Shown here: positions 12,101 through 27,400 of the stretch, piece by piece | How the letters are laid out: every line of letters starts with the position of its first letter | How positions within the stretch are numbered: position 1 is the first letter of the stretch | NCBI GenBank assembly: GCA_032718475.1 | Contig: JAUCBJ010000322.1 | Span: forward strand, 1 to 49,896 | Reading direction: 5' to 3' | Source of the DNA: Nemertoderma westbladi | Taxonomy: Eukaryota > Animalia > Xenacoelomorpha | Length of the DNA: 49,896 nt | Translations under genes and position numbers: made by a program | The notes under the pieces: model-generated | What the model saw: only the letters and a program-made list of their open reading frames with translations | Databases searched by the model: none | What the model was told of the DNA's origin: nothing

Positions 12101-15100
12101 GTAACACTTACATTTATAGAAGTAATCAGATGTTCTTTGCTTCTTCTTTCCCCTGGAGATGGATGAATTTTGATTGCATCGGAACACTCCCTTTTTGAGG
12201 CTCTCAGAGTGAAGATATAAGTAGCCTATCTCCCTGTTAAGATTGTTGTGTTCTAGAATATGTATTATAGTTTCATCGTATTAAATATCTCAAATAGTTC
12301 CTGAATATAATGAGTATAAAATCCTTGTCAAAATCCTTAGTGTTTTTCAGCAATAATTTATTAAAATCTCCTCTGATTTTTCACAAAAAACGACATCGAT
12401 TTTCATGTTCATGACTTCTAATCCACTCCAAGAGATAGACAATCTTAAATGGAAGTCAAAAGAGCAGGTAACACTTACATTTATAGAAGTAATCAGCTGT
12501 TCTTTGCTTCGTCTTTCCCCTGGAGATGGATGCATTTTGATTGTGTCAGAACACCCCCTTTTTGAGGCTCTCAGAGTGAAGAGATAAGTAGCATATCTCC
12601 CTGTTAATATTGTTGTGTTCTAGAATATTAATTATAGTTTCATCGTGTTGCCAAAGCGGCTGGAGCCGAAGTTAATATGTGATACAATAATTCACCTCAA
12701 ATGTCTCAGCTATTTCATGAATATAATGAGTATTAAAGCCATGTCAAAATCCTTGGTGTTTTTCAGCAATAATTTATTAAAATCTTCTGATTTTTTTCAA
12801 AAAACGACATCGATTTTCATATTCATGACTTCTAACCCACTCCAAGAGATAGACAATCTTAAATGAAAGTCAAAAGAGCAGGTAACACTTAAATTTATTG
12901 AAGTAATCAGCTGTTCTTTGCTTCATCTTTCCCCTGGAGATGGATGAATTTTGATTGTGTCAGAACACCCCCTTTTTGAGGCTCTCAGAGTGAAGAGATA
13001 AGTAGCCTATCTCCCTGTTAATATTGTTGTGTTCTAGAATATTTATTATAGTTTCATCGTATTGCCAAAGCGGCTGGAGCCGAAGTTAATATGTGATACA
13101 ATAATTCACCTCAAATTTCTCAGCTATTTCATGAATATAATGAGTATTAAAGCCATGTCAAAATCCTTGGTGTTTTTCAGCATTAATTTATTAAAATCTC
13201 CTCTGATTTTTTACAAACAACGACATCGATTTTCATATTCATGACTTCTAACCCACTCCAAGAGATAGACAATCTTAAATGAAAGTCAAAAGAGCAGGTA
13301 ACACTTAAATTTATTGAAGTAATCAACTGTTCTTTGCTTCATCTTTCCCCTGGAGATGGATGAATTTTGATTGTGTCAGAACACCCCCTTTTTGAGGCTC
13401 TCAGAGTGAAGATATAAGTAGCCTATCTCCCTGTTAATATTGTTGTGTTCTAGAATATTTATTATAGTTTCATCGTATTGCCAAAGCGGCTGGAGCTGAA
13501 GTTAATATATAATGCAACAATTCTTCTCAAGTATCTCAGCTATTTCATGAACATAATGAAGTATTAAAGCCATGTCAAAATCCTTGGGTTTTTTCAGCAA
13601 TAATTTATCAAAATATCCTCTGATTTTTTTCAAAAACCACATCGATTTTCATATTTATAACTTCTAACCCACTCCACGAGATAGAGAATCTTAAACGAAA
13701 CTCATAAGAACAGGTAACACTTACATTTATAGAAGTAATCAGCTGTTATTTGCTTTGTCTTTCCCCTGGAGATGGATGAATTTGATTGCGTCGGAACACC
13801 CCCTTTTTGAGGCTCTCAGAGTAAAGATATAAGTAGCCTATCTCCCTGTTAATATTGTTGTGTTCTAGAATATTTAATATAGTTTCATCGTATTGCCAAA
13901 TCGGTTGGAGCCGAAGTTAATATGTGATACAATAATTCACCTCAAATTTCTCAGCTATTTCATGAATATAATGAGTATTAAAGCCATGTCAAAATCCTTG
14001 GTGTTTTTCAGCATTAATTTATTAAAATCTCCTCTGATTTTTTACAAAAAACGACATCGATTTTCATATTTATAACTTCTTACCCACTCCACGAGATAGA
14101 GAATCTTAAACGAAACTTATAAGAACAGGTAACACTTACATTTATAGAAGTAATCAGCTGTTATTTGCTTCGTCTTTCTCCAGGACATGGATTAATTTTG
14201 ATTGCATCGGAACACCCCCTATCTGTGGCTCTCAGAGTGAAGATATAAGTAGCCTATCTCCCTGTTAATATTGTTGTGTTCTAGAATATTTATTATAGTT
14301 TCATCGTATTAAATATCTCAAATAGTTCATGAATATAATGAGTATAAAATCCTTGTCAAAATCCTTGGTGTTTTTCAGCAATAATTTATTAAAATCTTTT
14401 CTGATTTATCACAAAAAACGACATCGATTTTCATATTCATGACTTCTAATCCACTCCAAGAGATAGACAATCTTAAATGAAAGTCAAAAGAGCAGGTAAC
14501 ACTTACATTTATAGAAGTAATCAGCTGTACTTTGCTTCGTCTTTCCCCTGGAGATGGATGAATTTGATTGCGTCGGAGTCGGAACACCCCCTTTTTGAGG
14601 CTCTCAGAGTGAAGATATAAGTAGCCTATCTCCCTGTTAATATTGTTGTGTTCTAGAATATGTATTATAGTTTCATCGTATTGCCAAAGCGGCTGGAGCC
14701 GAACTTAATATGTGATACAATAATTCACCTCAAATTTCTCAGCTATTTCATGAATATAATGAGTATTAAAGCCATGTCCAAATCCTTGGTGTTTTTCAGC
14801 AATAATTTATTAAAATCTCCTCTGATTTTTCACAAAAAACGACATAGATTTTCATATTCATGACTTCTAACCCACTCCAAGAGATAGACAATCTTAAATG
14901 AAAATCAACAGAGCAGGTAACACTTAAATTTATAGAAGTGATCAGCTGTTCTTTGCTTCGTCTTTCCCCTGGAGATGGATGCATTTTGATTGTGTCAGAA
15001 CACCCCCTTTTTGAGGCTCTCAGAGTGAAGAGATAAGTAGCATATCTCCCTGTTAATATTGTTGTGTTCTAGAATATTAATTATAGTTTCATCATGTTGC

Positions 15101-18100
15101 CAAAGCGGCTGGAGCCGAAGTTAATATGTGATACAATAATTCACCTCAAATTTCTCAGCTTTTTCATGAATATAATGAGTATTAAAGCCATGTCAAAATC
15201 CTTGGTGTTTTTCAGCAATAATTTATTAAAATCTCCTGATTTTTTTCAAAAAACGACATCGATTTTCATATTCATGACTTATAACCCACTCCAAGAGATA
15301 GACAATCTTAAATGAAAGTCAAAAGAGCAGGTAACACTTAAATTTATAGAAGTAATCAGCTGTTCTTTGCTTCGTCTTTCCCCTGGAGATGGATGAATTT
15401 TGATTGTGTCAGAACACCCCTTTTTGAGGATCTCAGAGTGAAGAGATAAGTAGCCTATCTCCTTCTTAATATTGTTGTGTTCTAGAATATTTATTATAGT
15501 TTCATCGTATTGCCAAAGCGGCTGGAGCCGAAGTTAATATGTGATACAATAATTCACCTCAAATTTCTCAGCTATTTCATGAATATAATGAGTATTAAAG
15601 CCATGTCAAAATCCTTGGTGTTTTTCAGCATTAATTTATTAAAATCTCCTCTGATTTTTTACAAACAACGACATCGATTTTCATATTCATGACTTCTAAC
15701 CCACTCCAAGAGATAGACAATCTTAAATGAAAGTCAAAAGAGCAGGTAACACTTAAATTTATAGAAGTAATCAGCTGTTCTTTGCTTCGTCTTTCCCCTG
15801 GAGATGGATGAATTTTGATTGTGTCAGAACACCCCCTTTTTGAGGCTCTCAGAGTGAAGAGATAAGTAGCCTATCTCCCTGTTAAAATTGTTGTGTTCTA
15901 GAATATTTATTATAGTTTCATCGTATTGCGAAAGTGGCTGGAGCTGAAGTTAATATATAATGCAATAATTCACCTCAAGTATCTCAGCTATGTCATGAAC
16001 ATAATGAAGTATTAAAGCCTTGTCAAAATCCTTGGGGTTTTTCAGCAATAATTTATCAAAATATCCTCTGATTTTTTTCAAAAAACGACATCGATTTTCA
16101 TATTCATGACTTCTAACCCACTCCAAGAGATAGACAATCTTAAACGAAAGTCATAAGAACAGGTAACACTTTCATTTATAGAAGTAATCAGCTGTTATTT
16201 GCTTCGTCTTTCCCCAGGAGATGGATGAATTTTGATTGCGTCGGAACACCCCCTTTTTGAGGCTCTCAGAGTGAAGATATAAGTAGCTTATCTCCCTGTT
16301 AATATTGTTGTGTTCTAGAATATGTATTATAGTTTCATCGTATTGCCAAAGCGGCTGGAGCCGAACTTAATATGTGATACAATAATTCACCTCAAATTTC
16401 TCAGCTATTTCATGAATATAATGAGTATTAAAGCCATGTCCAAATCTTTGGTGTTTTTCAGCAATAATTTATTAAAATCTCCTCTGATTTTTCACAAAAA
16501 ACGACATCGATTTTCATATTCATGACTTCTAACCCACTCCAAGAGATAGACAATCTTAATTGAAAATCAAAAGAGCAGGTAACACTTAAATTTATAGAAG
16601 TAATCAGCTGTTCTTTGCTTCGTCTTTCCCCTGGAGATGGATGCATTTTGATTGTGTCAGAACACCCCCTTTTTGAGGCTCTCAGAGTGAAGAGATAAGT
16701 AGCATATCTCCCTGTTAATATTGTTGTGTTCTAGAATATTAATTATAGTTTCATCATGTTGCCAAAGCGGCTAGAGCCGAAGTTAATATGTGATACAATA
16801 ATTCACCTCAAATTTCTCAGCTTTTTCATGAATATGATGAGTATTAAAGCCATGTCAAAATCCTTGGTGTTTTTCAGCAATAATTTATTAAAATCTCCTG
16901 ATTTTTTTCAAAAAACGACATCGATTTTCATATTCATGACTTATAACCCACTCCAAGAGATAGACAATCTTAAATGAAAGTCAAAAGAGCAGGTAACACT
17001 TAAATTTATAGAAGTAATCAGCTGTTCTTTGCTTCGTCTTTCCCCTGGAGATGGATGAATTTTGATTGTGTCAGAACACCCCCTTTTTGAGGCTCTCAGA
17101 GTGAAGAGATAAGTAGCCTATCTCCCTGTTAATATTGTTGTGTTCTAGAATATTTATTATAGTTTCATCGTATTGCCAAAGCGGCTGGAGCCGAAGTTAA
17201 TATGTGATACAATAATTCACCTCAAATTTCTCAGCTATTTCATGAATATAATGAGTATTAAAGCCATGTCAAAATCCTTGGTGTTATTCAGCATTAATTT
17301 ATTAAAATCTCCTCTGATTTTTTACAAACAACGACATCGATTTTCATATTCACGACTTCTAACCCACTCCAAGAGATAGACAATCTTAAATGAAAGTCAA
17401 AAGAGCAGGTAAAACTTACATTTATAGAAGTAATCAGATGTTCTTTGCTTCTTCTTTCCCCTGGAGATGGATGAATTTTGATTGCATCGGAACACTCCCT
17501 TTTTGAGGCTCTCAGAGTGAAGATATAAGTAGCCTATCTCCCTGTTAATATTGTTGTGTTCTAGAATATGTATTATAGTTTCATCGTATTAAATATCTCA
17601 AATAGTTCCTGAATATAATGAGTATAAAATCCTTGTCAAAATCCTTAGTGTTTTTCAGCAATAATTTATTAAAATCTCCTCTGATTTTTCACAAAAAACG
17701 ACATCGATTTTCATGTTCATGACTTCTAATCCACTCCAAGAGATAGACAATCTTAAATGGAAGTCAAAAGAGCAGGTAACACTTACATTTATAGAAGTAA
17801 TCAGCTGTTCTTTGCTTCGTCTTTCCCCAGGAGATGGATGAAATTTGATTGCGTCGGAACACCCCCTTTTTGAGGCTCTCAGAGTGTAGAGAAAAGTAGC
17901 CTATCTCCCTGTTAATATTGTTGTGTTCTAGAATATTTATTATAGTTTCATCGTATTGCGAAAGCGGCTGGAGCTGAAGTTAATATATAATGCAACAATT
18001 CACCTCAAGTATCTCAGCTATGTCATGAACATAATGAAGTATTAAAGCCTTGTCAAAATCCTTGGGGTTTTTCAGCAATAATTTATCAAAATATCCTCTG

Positions 18101-21100
18101 ATTTTTTTCAAAAAACAACATCGATTTTCATATTCATGACTTCTAACCCACTCCAAGAGATAGACAATCTTAAACGAAAGTAATAAGAACAGGTAACACT
18201 TTCATTTATAGAAGTAATCAGCTGTTATTTGCTTCGTCTTTCCCCAGGAGATGGATGCATTTTGATTGTGTCAGAACACCCCCTTTTTGAGGCTCTCAGA
18301 GTGAAGAGATAAGTAGCATATCTCCCTGTTAATATTGTTGTGTTCTAGAATATTAATTATAGTTTCATCATGTTGTCAAAGCGGCTGGAGCCGAAGTTAA
18401 TATGTGATACAATAATTCACCTCAAATTTCTCAGCTTTTTCATGAATATAATGAGTATTAAAGCCATGTCAAAATCCTTGGGGTTTTTCAGCAATAATTT
18501 ATCAAAATATCCTCTGATTTTTTTCAAAAAACAACATCGATTTTCATATTCATGACTTCTAACCCACTCCAAGAGATAGACAATCTTAAACGAAAGTCAT
18601 AAGAACAGGTAACACTTTCATTTATAGAAGTAATCAGCTGTTATTTGCTTCGTCTTTCCCCAGGGGATGGATGAATTTTGATTGCGTCGGAACACCCCCT
18701 TTTTGAGGCTTTCAGAGTGAAGATATAAGTAGCCTATCTCCCTGTTAATATTGTTGTGTTCTAGAATATGTATTATAGTTTCATCGTATTGCCAAAGCGG
18801 CTGGAGCCGAACTTAATATGTGATACAATAATTCACCTCAAATTTCTCAGCTATTTCATGAATATAATGAGTATTAAAGCCATGTCCAAATCCTTGGTGT
18901 TTTTCAGCAATAATTTATTAAAATCTCCTCTGATTTTTCACAAAAAACGACATCGATTTTCATTTTCATGACTTCTAACCCACTCCAAGAGATAGACAAT
19001 CTTAAATGAAAATCAAAAGAGCAGGTAACACTTAAATTTATAGAAGTAATCAGCTGTTCTTTGCTTCGTCTTTCCCCTGGAGATGGATGCATTTTGATTG
19101 TGTCAGAACACCCCCTTTTTGAGGCTCTCAGAGTGAAGAGATAAGTAGCATATCTCCCTGTTAATATTGTTGTGTTCTAGAATATTAATTATAGTTTCAT
19201 CATGTTGCCAAAGCGGCTGGAGCCGAAGTTAATATGTGATACAATAATTCACCTCAAATTTCTCAGCTTTTTCATGAATATAATGAGTATTAAAGCCATG
19301 TCAAAATCCTTGGTGTTTTTCAGCAATAATTTATTAAAATCTCCTGATTTTTTTCAAAAAACGTCATCGATTTTCATATTCATGACTTATAACCCACTCC
19401 AAGAGATAGACAATCTTAAATGAAAGTCAAAAGAGCAGGTAACACTTAAATTTATAGAAGTAATCAGCTGTTCTTTGCTTCGTCTTTCCCCTGGAGATGG
19501 ATGAATTTTGATTGTGTCAGAACACCCCATTTTTGAGGCTCTCAGAGTGAAGAGATAAGTAGCCTATCTCACTGTTAATATTGTTGTGTTCTAGAATATT
19601 TATTATAGTTTCATCGTATTGCCAAAGCGGCTGGAGCCGAAGTTAATATGTGATACAATAATTCACCTCAATTTTCTCAGCTATTTCATGAATATAATGA
19701 GTATTAAAGCCATGTCAAAATCCTTGGTGTTTTTCAGCATTAATTTATTAAAATCTCCTCTGATTTTTTACAAACAACGACATCGATTTTCATATTCATG
19801 ACTTCTAACCCACTCCAAGAGATAGACAATCTTAAATGAAAGTCAAAAGAGCAGGTAACACTTACATTTATAGAAGTAATCAGATGTTCTTTGCTTCTTC
19901 TTTCCCCTGGAGATGGATGAATTTTGATTGCATCGGAACACTCCCTTTTTGAGGCTCTCAGAGTGAAGATATAAGTAGCCTATCTCCCTGTTAATATTGT
20001 TGTGTTCTAGAATATGTATTATAGTTTCATCGTATTAAATATCTCAAATAGTTCCTGAATATAATGAGTATAAAATCCTTGTCAAAATCCTTAGTGTTTT
20101 TCAGCAATAATTTATTAAAATCTCCTCTGATTTTTCACAAAAATGACATCGATTTTCATGTTCATGACTTCTAATCCACTCCAAGAGATAGACAATCTTA
20201 AATGGAAGTCAAAAGAGCAGGTAACACTTACATTTATAGAAGTAATCAGCTGTTCTTTGCTTCGTCTTTCCCCTGGAGATGGATGCATTTTGATTGTGTC
20301 AGAACACCCCCTTTTTGAGGCTCTCAGAGTGAAGAGATAAGTAGCATATCTCCCTGTTAATATTGTTGTGTTCTAGAATATTAATTATAGTTTCATCGTG
20401 TTGCCAAAGCGGCTGGAGCCGAAGTTAATATGTGATACAATAATTCACCTCAAATGTCTCAGCTATTTCATGAATATAATGAGTATTAAAGCTATGTCAA
20501 AATCCTTGGTGTTTTTCAGCAATAATTTATTAAAATCTTCTGATTTTTTTCAAAAAACGACATCGATTTTCATATTCATGACTTCTAACCCACTCCAAGA
20601 GATAGACAATCTTAAATGAAAGTCAAAAGAGCAGGTAACACTTAAATTTATTGAAGGAATCAGCTGTTCTTTGCTTCGTCTTTCCCCTGGAGATGGATGA
20701 ATTTTGATTGTGTCAGAACACCCCCTTTTTGAGGCTCTCAGAGTGAAGAGATAAGTAGCCTATCTCCCTGTTAATATTGTTGTGTTCTAGAATATTTATT
20801 ATAGTTTCATCGTATTGCCAAAGCGGCTGGAGCCGAAGTTAATATGTGATACAATAATTCACCTCAAATTTCTCAGCTATTTCATGAATATAATGAGTAT
20901 TAAAGCCATGTCAAAATCCTTGGTGTTTTTCAGCATTAATTTATTAAAATCTCCTCTGATTTTTTATAAAAAACGACATTGATTTTCATATTTATAACTT
21001 CTAACCCACTCCACGAGATAGAGAATCTTAAACGAATGTCATAAGAACAGGTAACACTTACATTTATAGAAGTAATCAGCTGTTATTTGCTTCGTCTTTC

Positions 21101-22937
21101 TCCAGGAGATGGATTAATTTTGATTGCGTCGGAACACCCCCTATCTGTGGCTCTCAGAGTGAAGATATAAGTAGCCTATCTCCCTGTTAATATTGTTGTG
21201 TTCTAGAATATTTATTATAGTTTTATCGTATTAAATATCTCAAATAGTTCATGAATATAATAAGTATAAAATCCTTGTCAAAATCCTTGGTGTTTTTCAG
21301 CAATAATTTATTAAAATCTCCTCTGATTTTTTACAAAAACGACATCGATTTTCATATTCATGACTTCTAATCCACTCCAAGAGATAGACAATCTTAAATG
21401 AAAGTCAAAAGAGCAGGTAACACTTACATTTATAGAAGTAATTAGCTGTTCTTTGCTTCGTCTTTCCCCTGGAGATGGATGAATTTTGATTGCATCGGAA
21501 CACCCCCTTTTTGAGGCTCTCAGAGTGAAGATATAAGTAGCCTATCTCCCTGTTAATATTGTTGTGTTCTAGAATATGTATTATAGTTTCATCGTATTGC
21601 CAAAGCGGTTGGAGCCGAACTTAATATGTGATACAATAATTCACCTCAAATTTCTCAGCTATTTCATGAATATAATGAGTATGAAAGCCATGTCAAAATC
21701 CTTGGTGTTTTTCAGCAATAATAAATTTATTAAAATCTCCTCTGATTTTTTACAAAAAACGACATCGATTTTCATATTCATAACTTCTAATCCACTCCAA
21801 GAGATAGACAATCTTAAATGAAAGTCAAAAGAGCAGGTAACAATTAAATTTATATAAGTAATCAGCTGTTCTTTGCTTCGTCTTTCCCCTGGAGATGGAT
21901 GAATTTTGATTGTGTCAGAACACCCCCTTTTTGAGGCTCTCAGAGTGAAGAGATAAGTAGCCTATCTCCCTGTTAATATTGTTGTGTTCTAGAATATTTA
22001 TTATAGTTTCATCGTATTGCCAAAGCGGCTGGAGCTGAAGTTAATATATAATGGAACAATTAACCTCAAGTATCTCAGCTATTTCATGAACATAATGAAG
22101 TATTAAAGCCATGTCAAAATCATTGGGTTTTTTCAGCAATAATTTATCAAAATATCTTCTGATTTTTTTCAAAAACCACATCGATTTTCATATTTATAAC
22201 TTCTAACCCACTCCACGAGATAGAGAATCTTAAACGAAAGTCATAAGAACAGGTAACACTTACATTTATAGAAGTAATCAGCTATTCTTTGCTTCGCCTT
22301 TCCCCTGGTGATGGATGAATTTTTATTGCATCGGAACACCCCCTTTCTGAGGCTCTCAGAATTGAGAGATAAGTAGCCTATTTCCCTGTTAATATTGTTC
22401 TGTTGTAGAATATTTATTATAGTTTCATCGTATTGCCAAAGCGGCTGGAGTCGAAATTAATATGTAATGCAATAATTCACCTCAAATTTCTCAGCTATTT
22501 CATGAACATAATGAAGTATTAAAGCCATGTCAAAATCCTTGGGGTTTTTCAGCAATAATTTATCGAAATATCCTCTGATTTTTTTCAAAAAACGACATCG
22601 ATTTTCATATTCATGACTTCTAACCCACTCCAAGAGATAGACAATCTTAAACGAAAGTCATAAGAACAGGTAACACTTACATTTATAGAAGTAATCAGCT
22701 GTTCTTTGCTTCGCCTTTCCCCTGGAGATGGATGAATTTGATTGCGTCGGAACACCCCCTTTTTGAGGCTCTTAGAGTAAAGATATAAGTAGCCTATCTC
22801 CCTGTTAATATTGTTGTGTTCTAGAATATTTAATATAGTTTCATCGTATTGCCAAAGCGGTTGGAGCCGAAGTTAATATGTGATACAATAATTCACCTCA
22901 AATTTCTCAGCTATTTCATGAATATAATGAGTATTAA

Positions 22938-24488
22938 CCCTATTAAACCCGGGGGGGGGTCAATATGACCCCCCCCGTGGTTTTTTTATTATAATTCTGA
23001 AACAAACGCAGTTGGGAATCTGAAATTTTATGACTTTTCCTAAAAATCTATTGTCTTCCTAGTAGTGAAAACCGTTTTCAAAAATATTGGGTACTTTTCG
23101 AGTTATAGCACCATTTTTTAACCGTACTTTTGGCACTTTTTTTGAGACGTTTTTTGAAAATTACATTTCATTAAATATGAATTGTATCATCTCTATTTTT
23201 GATTTACACCGGTTTTTTGGTGTTAGAAATTTGATGGAATTCATATAAATTGATTTAGAAATTTCAAACTTGTTTTTTTCGGTGGGTGCCAAATTTTGGT
23301 GCCAGCACCAAATTTTGAATTATGTCAATTTTGTAAATTGATTGTTTGAAACTTGTTTTTTACGCAATTGGGGTTTTTTGGGGTTCTGGATTCGATGAAA
23401 TATATACGAGTTGCACCAAGCGTATTAAACTTGTATTTTTCGGTGCTGTGTGCAAATTTTGGTGCTAGCACGAAATTTTGAAAATTCATTCGATAGATAA
23501 AATTGCTTGTGACAATTTATTTCTTGCGTTTTAGAGGTTTATGGCTGTTCTGAATTCAATGGAATAAATAATTATCGAACTAGACATCTCAAACTTGTAT
23601 TTTTCGGATGTGGGTGCAAAATGTGGTGCTAGCACCAAATTTTGAAAACCATCAAATATATCAATTGATTGTGTCACCTTGTTTCTTGCGTTATACGGGT
23701 TTGTGATGGTTCTGAATTCAATGGAATCAGTAAAAATTTCATAAGAGTTCTCAAACTGGTATTTTTCGCCAGTGGGTGAAAATTGTTGTGCCAGCACCAA
23801 ATTTTGGAAAATATGCAAATTTATCAGTAGATAGTATCACCTTGTTTCTTGCGTTATACGGGTTTATGAGGGTCCTGAATCCGATGGAATCCATAAAAAC
23901 AGCACTGGACATCGCAAACTTGTACTTTTTGGTGATGGGTACGAAATTTGGTGCTAGCACCAAAATTTGCCAAATTACGCCGAAAAATACAAGTATCAAT
24001 GATCTGGCATATTAGAAATGTATTCCATTAGAATCAGCGCAATCGAAAACCTGAAAATGTGAATTTATAGCATCGTATAAATGAATTAAAAATTTTGTGT
24101 TCTACCTGAAAAGTGCTGGTTACTTGTTTTTTTCATTTTTTTCCTACGCAGAGAGGACTAAACGGCCATTTATAGTAATCATATCATTTTTAAATATTTT
24201 CCAATGTTTTTTGCACCCCAGAAAACCTGTATTGAAAAATAATTCGCCGAAAATGTAACTTTCAAATTTTGTGAAAATTGTGCACTACTTGTAATTTTGG
24301 TGCTGCAATATAACCACCCCAGTACATTTTTTCGAAAATTTTTTTTTCGGTCGAATCCAGACAAGTGATACCTACGTACAAACAGAAAATCAGACGTTTT
24401 CGTAAATATTTGTAGATTTTAGAGGGGGGGGTCAATATGATCCCCTCCCGGTATTTGTACAGCATTTTATAGCCCGGTACTAATAGGG
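22938..24488. mobile_element. Non-autonomous piggyBac-like DNA transposon (1551 bp)
   Basis: TTAA at 22934-22937 and 24489-24492. Termini CCCTATTA(AAC)CCGGG and CCCGG(TAC)TAATAGGG. Subterminal G-run-TCAATATGA-C-run palindromes near both ends. No transposase ORF. The empty site GAGTATTAAAGCC is present in other monomers. Confidence 0.92.
23200..24050. repeat. ~162-bp diverged internal tandem repeat (5 copies) with a palindromic core
   Basis: AAACTTGTATTTTTCGG...TTTGGTGCTAGCACCAAA-like units at ~23266, 23427, 23591, 23753 and 23916. Confidence 0.85.
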
Positions 24489-27400
24489 TTAAAGCCATGT
24501 CAAAATCCTTGGTGTTTTTCAGCATTAATTTATTAAAATCTCCTCTGATTTTTTACAAAAAACGACATCGATTTTCATATTTATAACTTCTTACCCACTC
24601 CACGAGATAGAGAATCTTAAACGAAACTCATAAGAACAGGTAACACTTACATTTATAGAAGTAATCAGCTGTTATTTGCTTCGTCTTTCTCCAGGACATG
24701 GATTAATTTTGATTGCATCGGAACACCCCCTATCTGTGGCTCTCAGAGTGAAGATATAAGTAGCCTATCTCCCTGTTAATATTGTTGTGTTCTAGAATAT
24801 TTATTATAGTTTCATCGTATTAAATATCTCAAATAGTTCATGAATATAATGAGTATAAAATCCTTGTCAAAATCCTTGGTGTTTTTCAGCAATAATTTAT
24901 TAAAATCTTTTCTGATTTATCACAAAAAACGACATCGATTTTCATATTCATGACTTCTAATCCACTCCAAGAGATAGACAATCTTAAATGAAAGTCAAAA
25001 GAGCAGGTAACACTTACATTTATAGAAGTAATCAGCTGTACTTTGCTTCGTCTTTCCCCTGGAGATGGATGAATTTGATTGCGTCGGAGTCGGAACACCC
25101 CCTTTTTGAGGCTCTCAGAGTGAAGATATAAGTAGCCTATCTCCCTGTTAATATTGTTGTGTTCTAGAATATGTATTATAGTTTCATCGTATTGCCAAAG
25201 CGGCTGGAGCCGAACTTAATATGTGATACAATAATTCACCTCAAATTTCTCAGCTATTTCATGAATATAATGAGTATTAAAGCCATGTCCAAATCCTTGG
25301 TGTTTTTGAGCAATAATTTATTAAAATCTCCTCTGATTTTTCACAAAAAACGACATAGATTTTCATATTCATGACTTCTAACCCACTCCAAGAGATAGAC
25401 AATCTTAAATGAAAATCAACAGAGCAGGTAACACTTAAATTTATAGAAGTGATCAGCTGTTCTTTGCTTCGTCTTTCCCCTGGAGATGGATGCATTTTGA
25501 TTGTGTCAGAACACCCCCTTTTTGAGGCTCTCAGAGTGAAGAGATAAGTAGCATATCTCCCTGTTAATATTGTTGTGTTCTAGAATATTAATTATAGTTT
25601 CATCATGTTGCCAAAGCGGCTGGAGCCGAAGTTAATATGTGATACAATAATTCACCTCAAATTTCTCAGCTTTTTCATGAATATAATGAGTATTAAAGCC
25701 ATGTCAAAATCCTTGGTGTTTTTCAGCAATAATTTATTAAAATCTCCTGATTTTTTTCAAAAAACGACATCGATTTTCATATTCATGACTTATAACCCAC
25801 TCCAAGAGATAGACAATCTTAAATGAAAGTCAAAAGAGCAGGTAACACTTAAATTTATAGAAGTAATCAGCTGTTCTTTGCTTCGTCTTTCCCCTGGAGA
25901 TGGATGAATTTTGATTGTGTCAGAACACCCCTTTTTAAGGATCTCAGAGTGAAGAGATAAGTAGCCTATCTCCCTGTTAATATTGTTGTGTTCTAGAATA
26001 TTTATTATAGTTTCATCGTATTGCCAAAGCGGCTGGAGCCGAAGTTAATATGTGATACAATAATTCACCTCAAATTTCTCAGCTATTTCATGAATATAAT
26101 GAGTATTAAAGCCATGTCAAAATCCTTGGTGTTTTTCAGCATTAATTTATTAAAATCTCCTCTGATTTTTTACAAACAACGACATCGATTTTCATATTCA
26201 TGACTTCTAACCCACTCCAAGAGATAGACAATCTTAAATGAAAGTCAAAAGAGCAGGTAACACTTAAATTTATAGAAGTAATCAGCTGTTCTTTGCTTCG
26301 TCTTTCCCCTGGAGATGGATGAATTTTGATTGTGTCAGAACACCCCCTTTTTGAGGCTCTCAGAGTGAAGAGATAAGTAGCCTATCTCCCTGTTAAAATT
26401 GTTGTGTTCTAGAATATTTATTATAGTTTCATCGTATTGCGAAAGTGGCTGGAGCTGAAGTTAATATATAATGCAATAATTCACCTCAAGTATCTCAGCT
26501 ATGTCATGAACATAATGAAGTATTAAAGCCTTGTCAAAATCCTTGGGGTTTTTCAGCAATAATTTATCAAAATATCCTCTGATTTTTTTCAAAAAACGAC
26601 ATCGATTTTCATATTCATGACTTCTAACCCACTCCAAGAGATAGACAATCTTAAACGAAAGTCATAAGAACAGGTAACACTTTCATTTATAGAAGTAATC
26701 AGCTGTTATTTGCTTCGTCTTTCCCCAGGAGATGAATGAATTATGATTGCGTCGGAACACCCCCTTTTTGAGGCTCTCAGAGTGAAGATATAAGTAGCCT
26801 ATCTCCCTGTTAATATTGTTGTGTTCTAGAATATGTATTATAGTTTCATCGTATTGCCAAAGCGGCTGGAGCCGAACTTAATATGTGATACAATAATTCA
26901 CCTCAAATTTCTCAGCTATTTCATGAATATAATGAGTATTAAAGCCATGTCCAAATCCTTGGTGTTTTTCAGCAATAATTTATTAAAATCTCCTCTGATT
27001 TTTCACAAAAAACGACATCGATTTTCATATTCATGACTTCTAACCCACTCCAAGAGATAGACAATCTTAATTGAAAATCAAAAGAGCAGGTAACACTTAA
27101 ATTTATAGAAGTAATCAGCTGTTCTTTGCTTCGTCTTTCCCCTGGAGATGGATGCATTTTGATTGTGTCAGAACACCCCCTTTTTGAGGCTCTCAGAGTG
27201 AAGAGATAAGTAGCATATCTCCCTGTTAATATTGTTGTGTTCTAGAATATTAATTATAGTTTCATCATGTTGCCAAAGCGGCTAGAGCCGAAGTTAATAT
27301 GTGATACAATAATTCACCTCAAATTTCTCAGCTTTTTCATGAATATGATGAGTATTAAAGCCATGTCAAAATCCTTGGTGTTTTTCAGCAATAATTTATT

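Noticed and set aside
23531-24525. Short ORFs inside the piggyBac-like element as transposase
   Set aside because: They derive from the 162-bp repeats and AT-rich DNA, with no DDD or Cys-rich piggyBac motifs.
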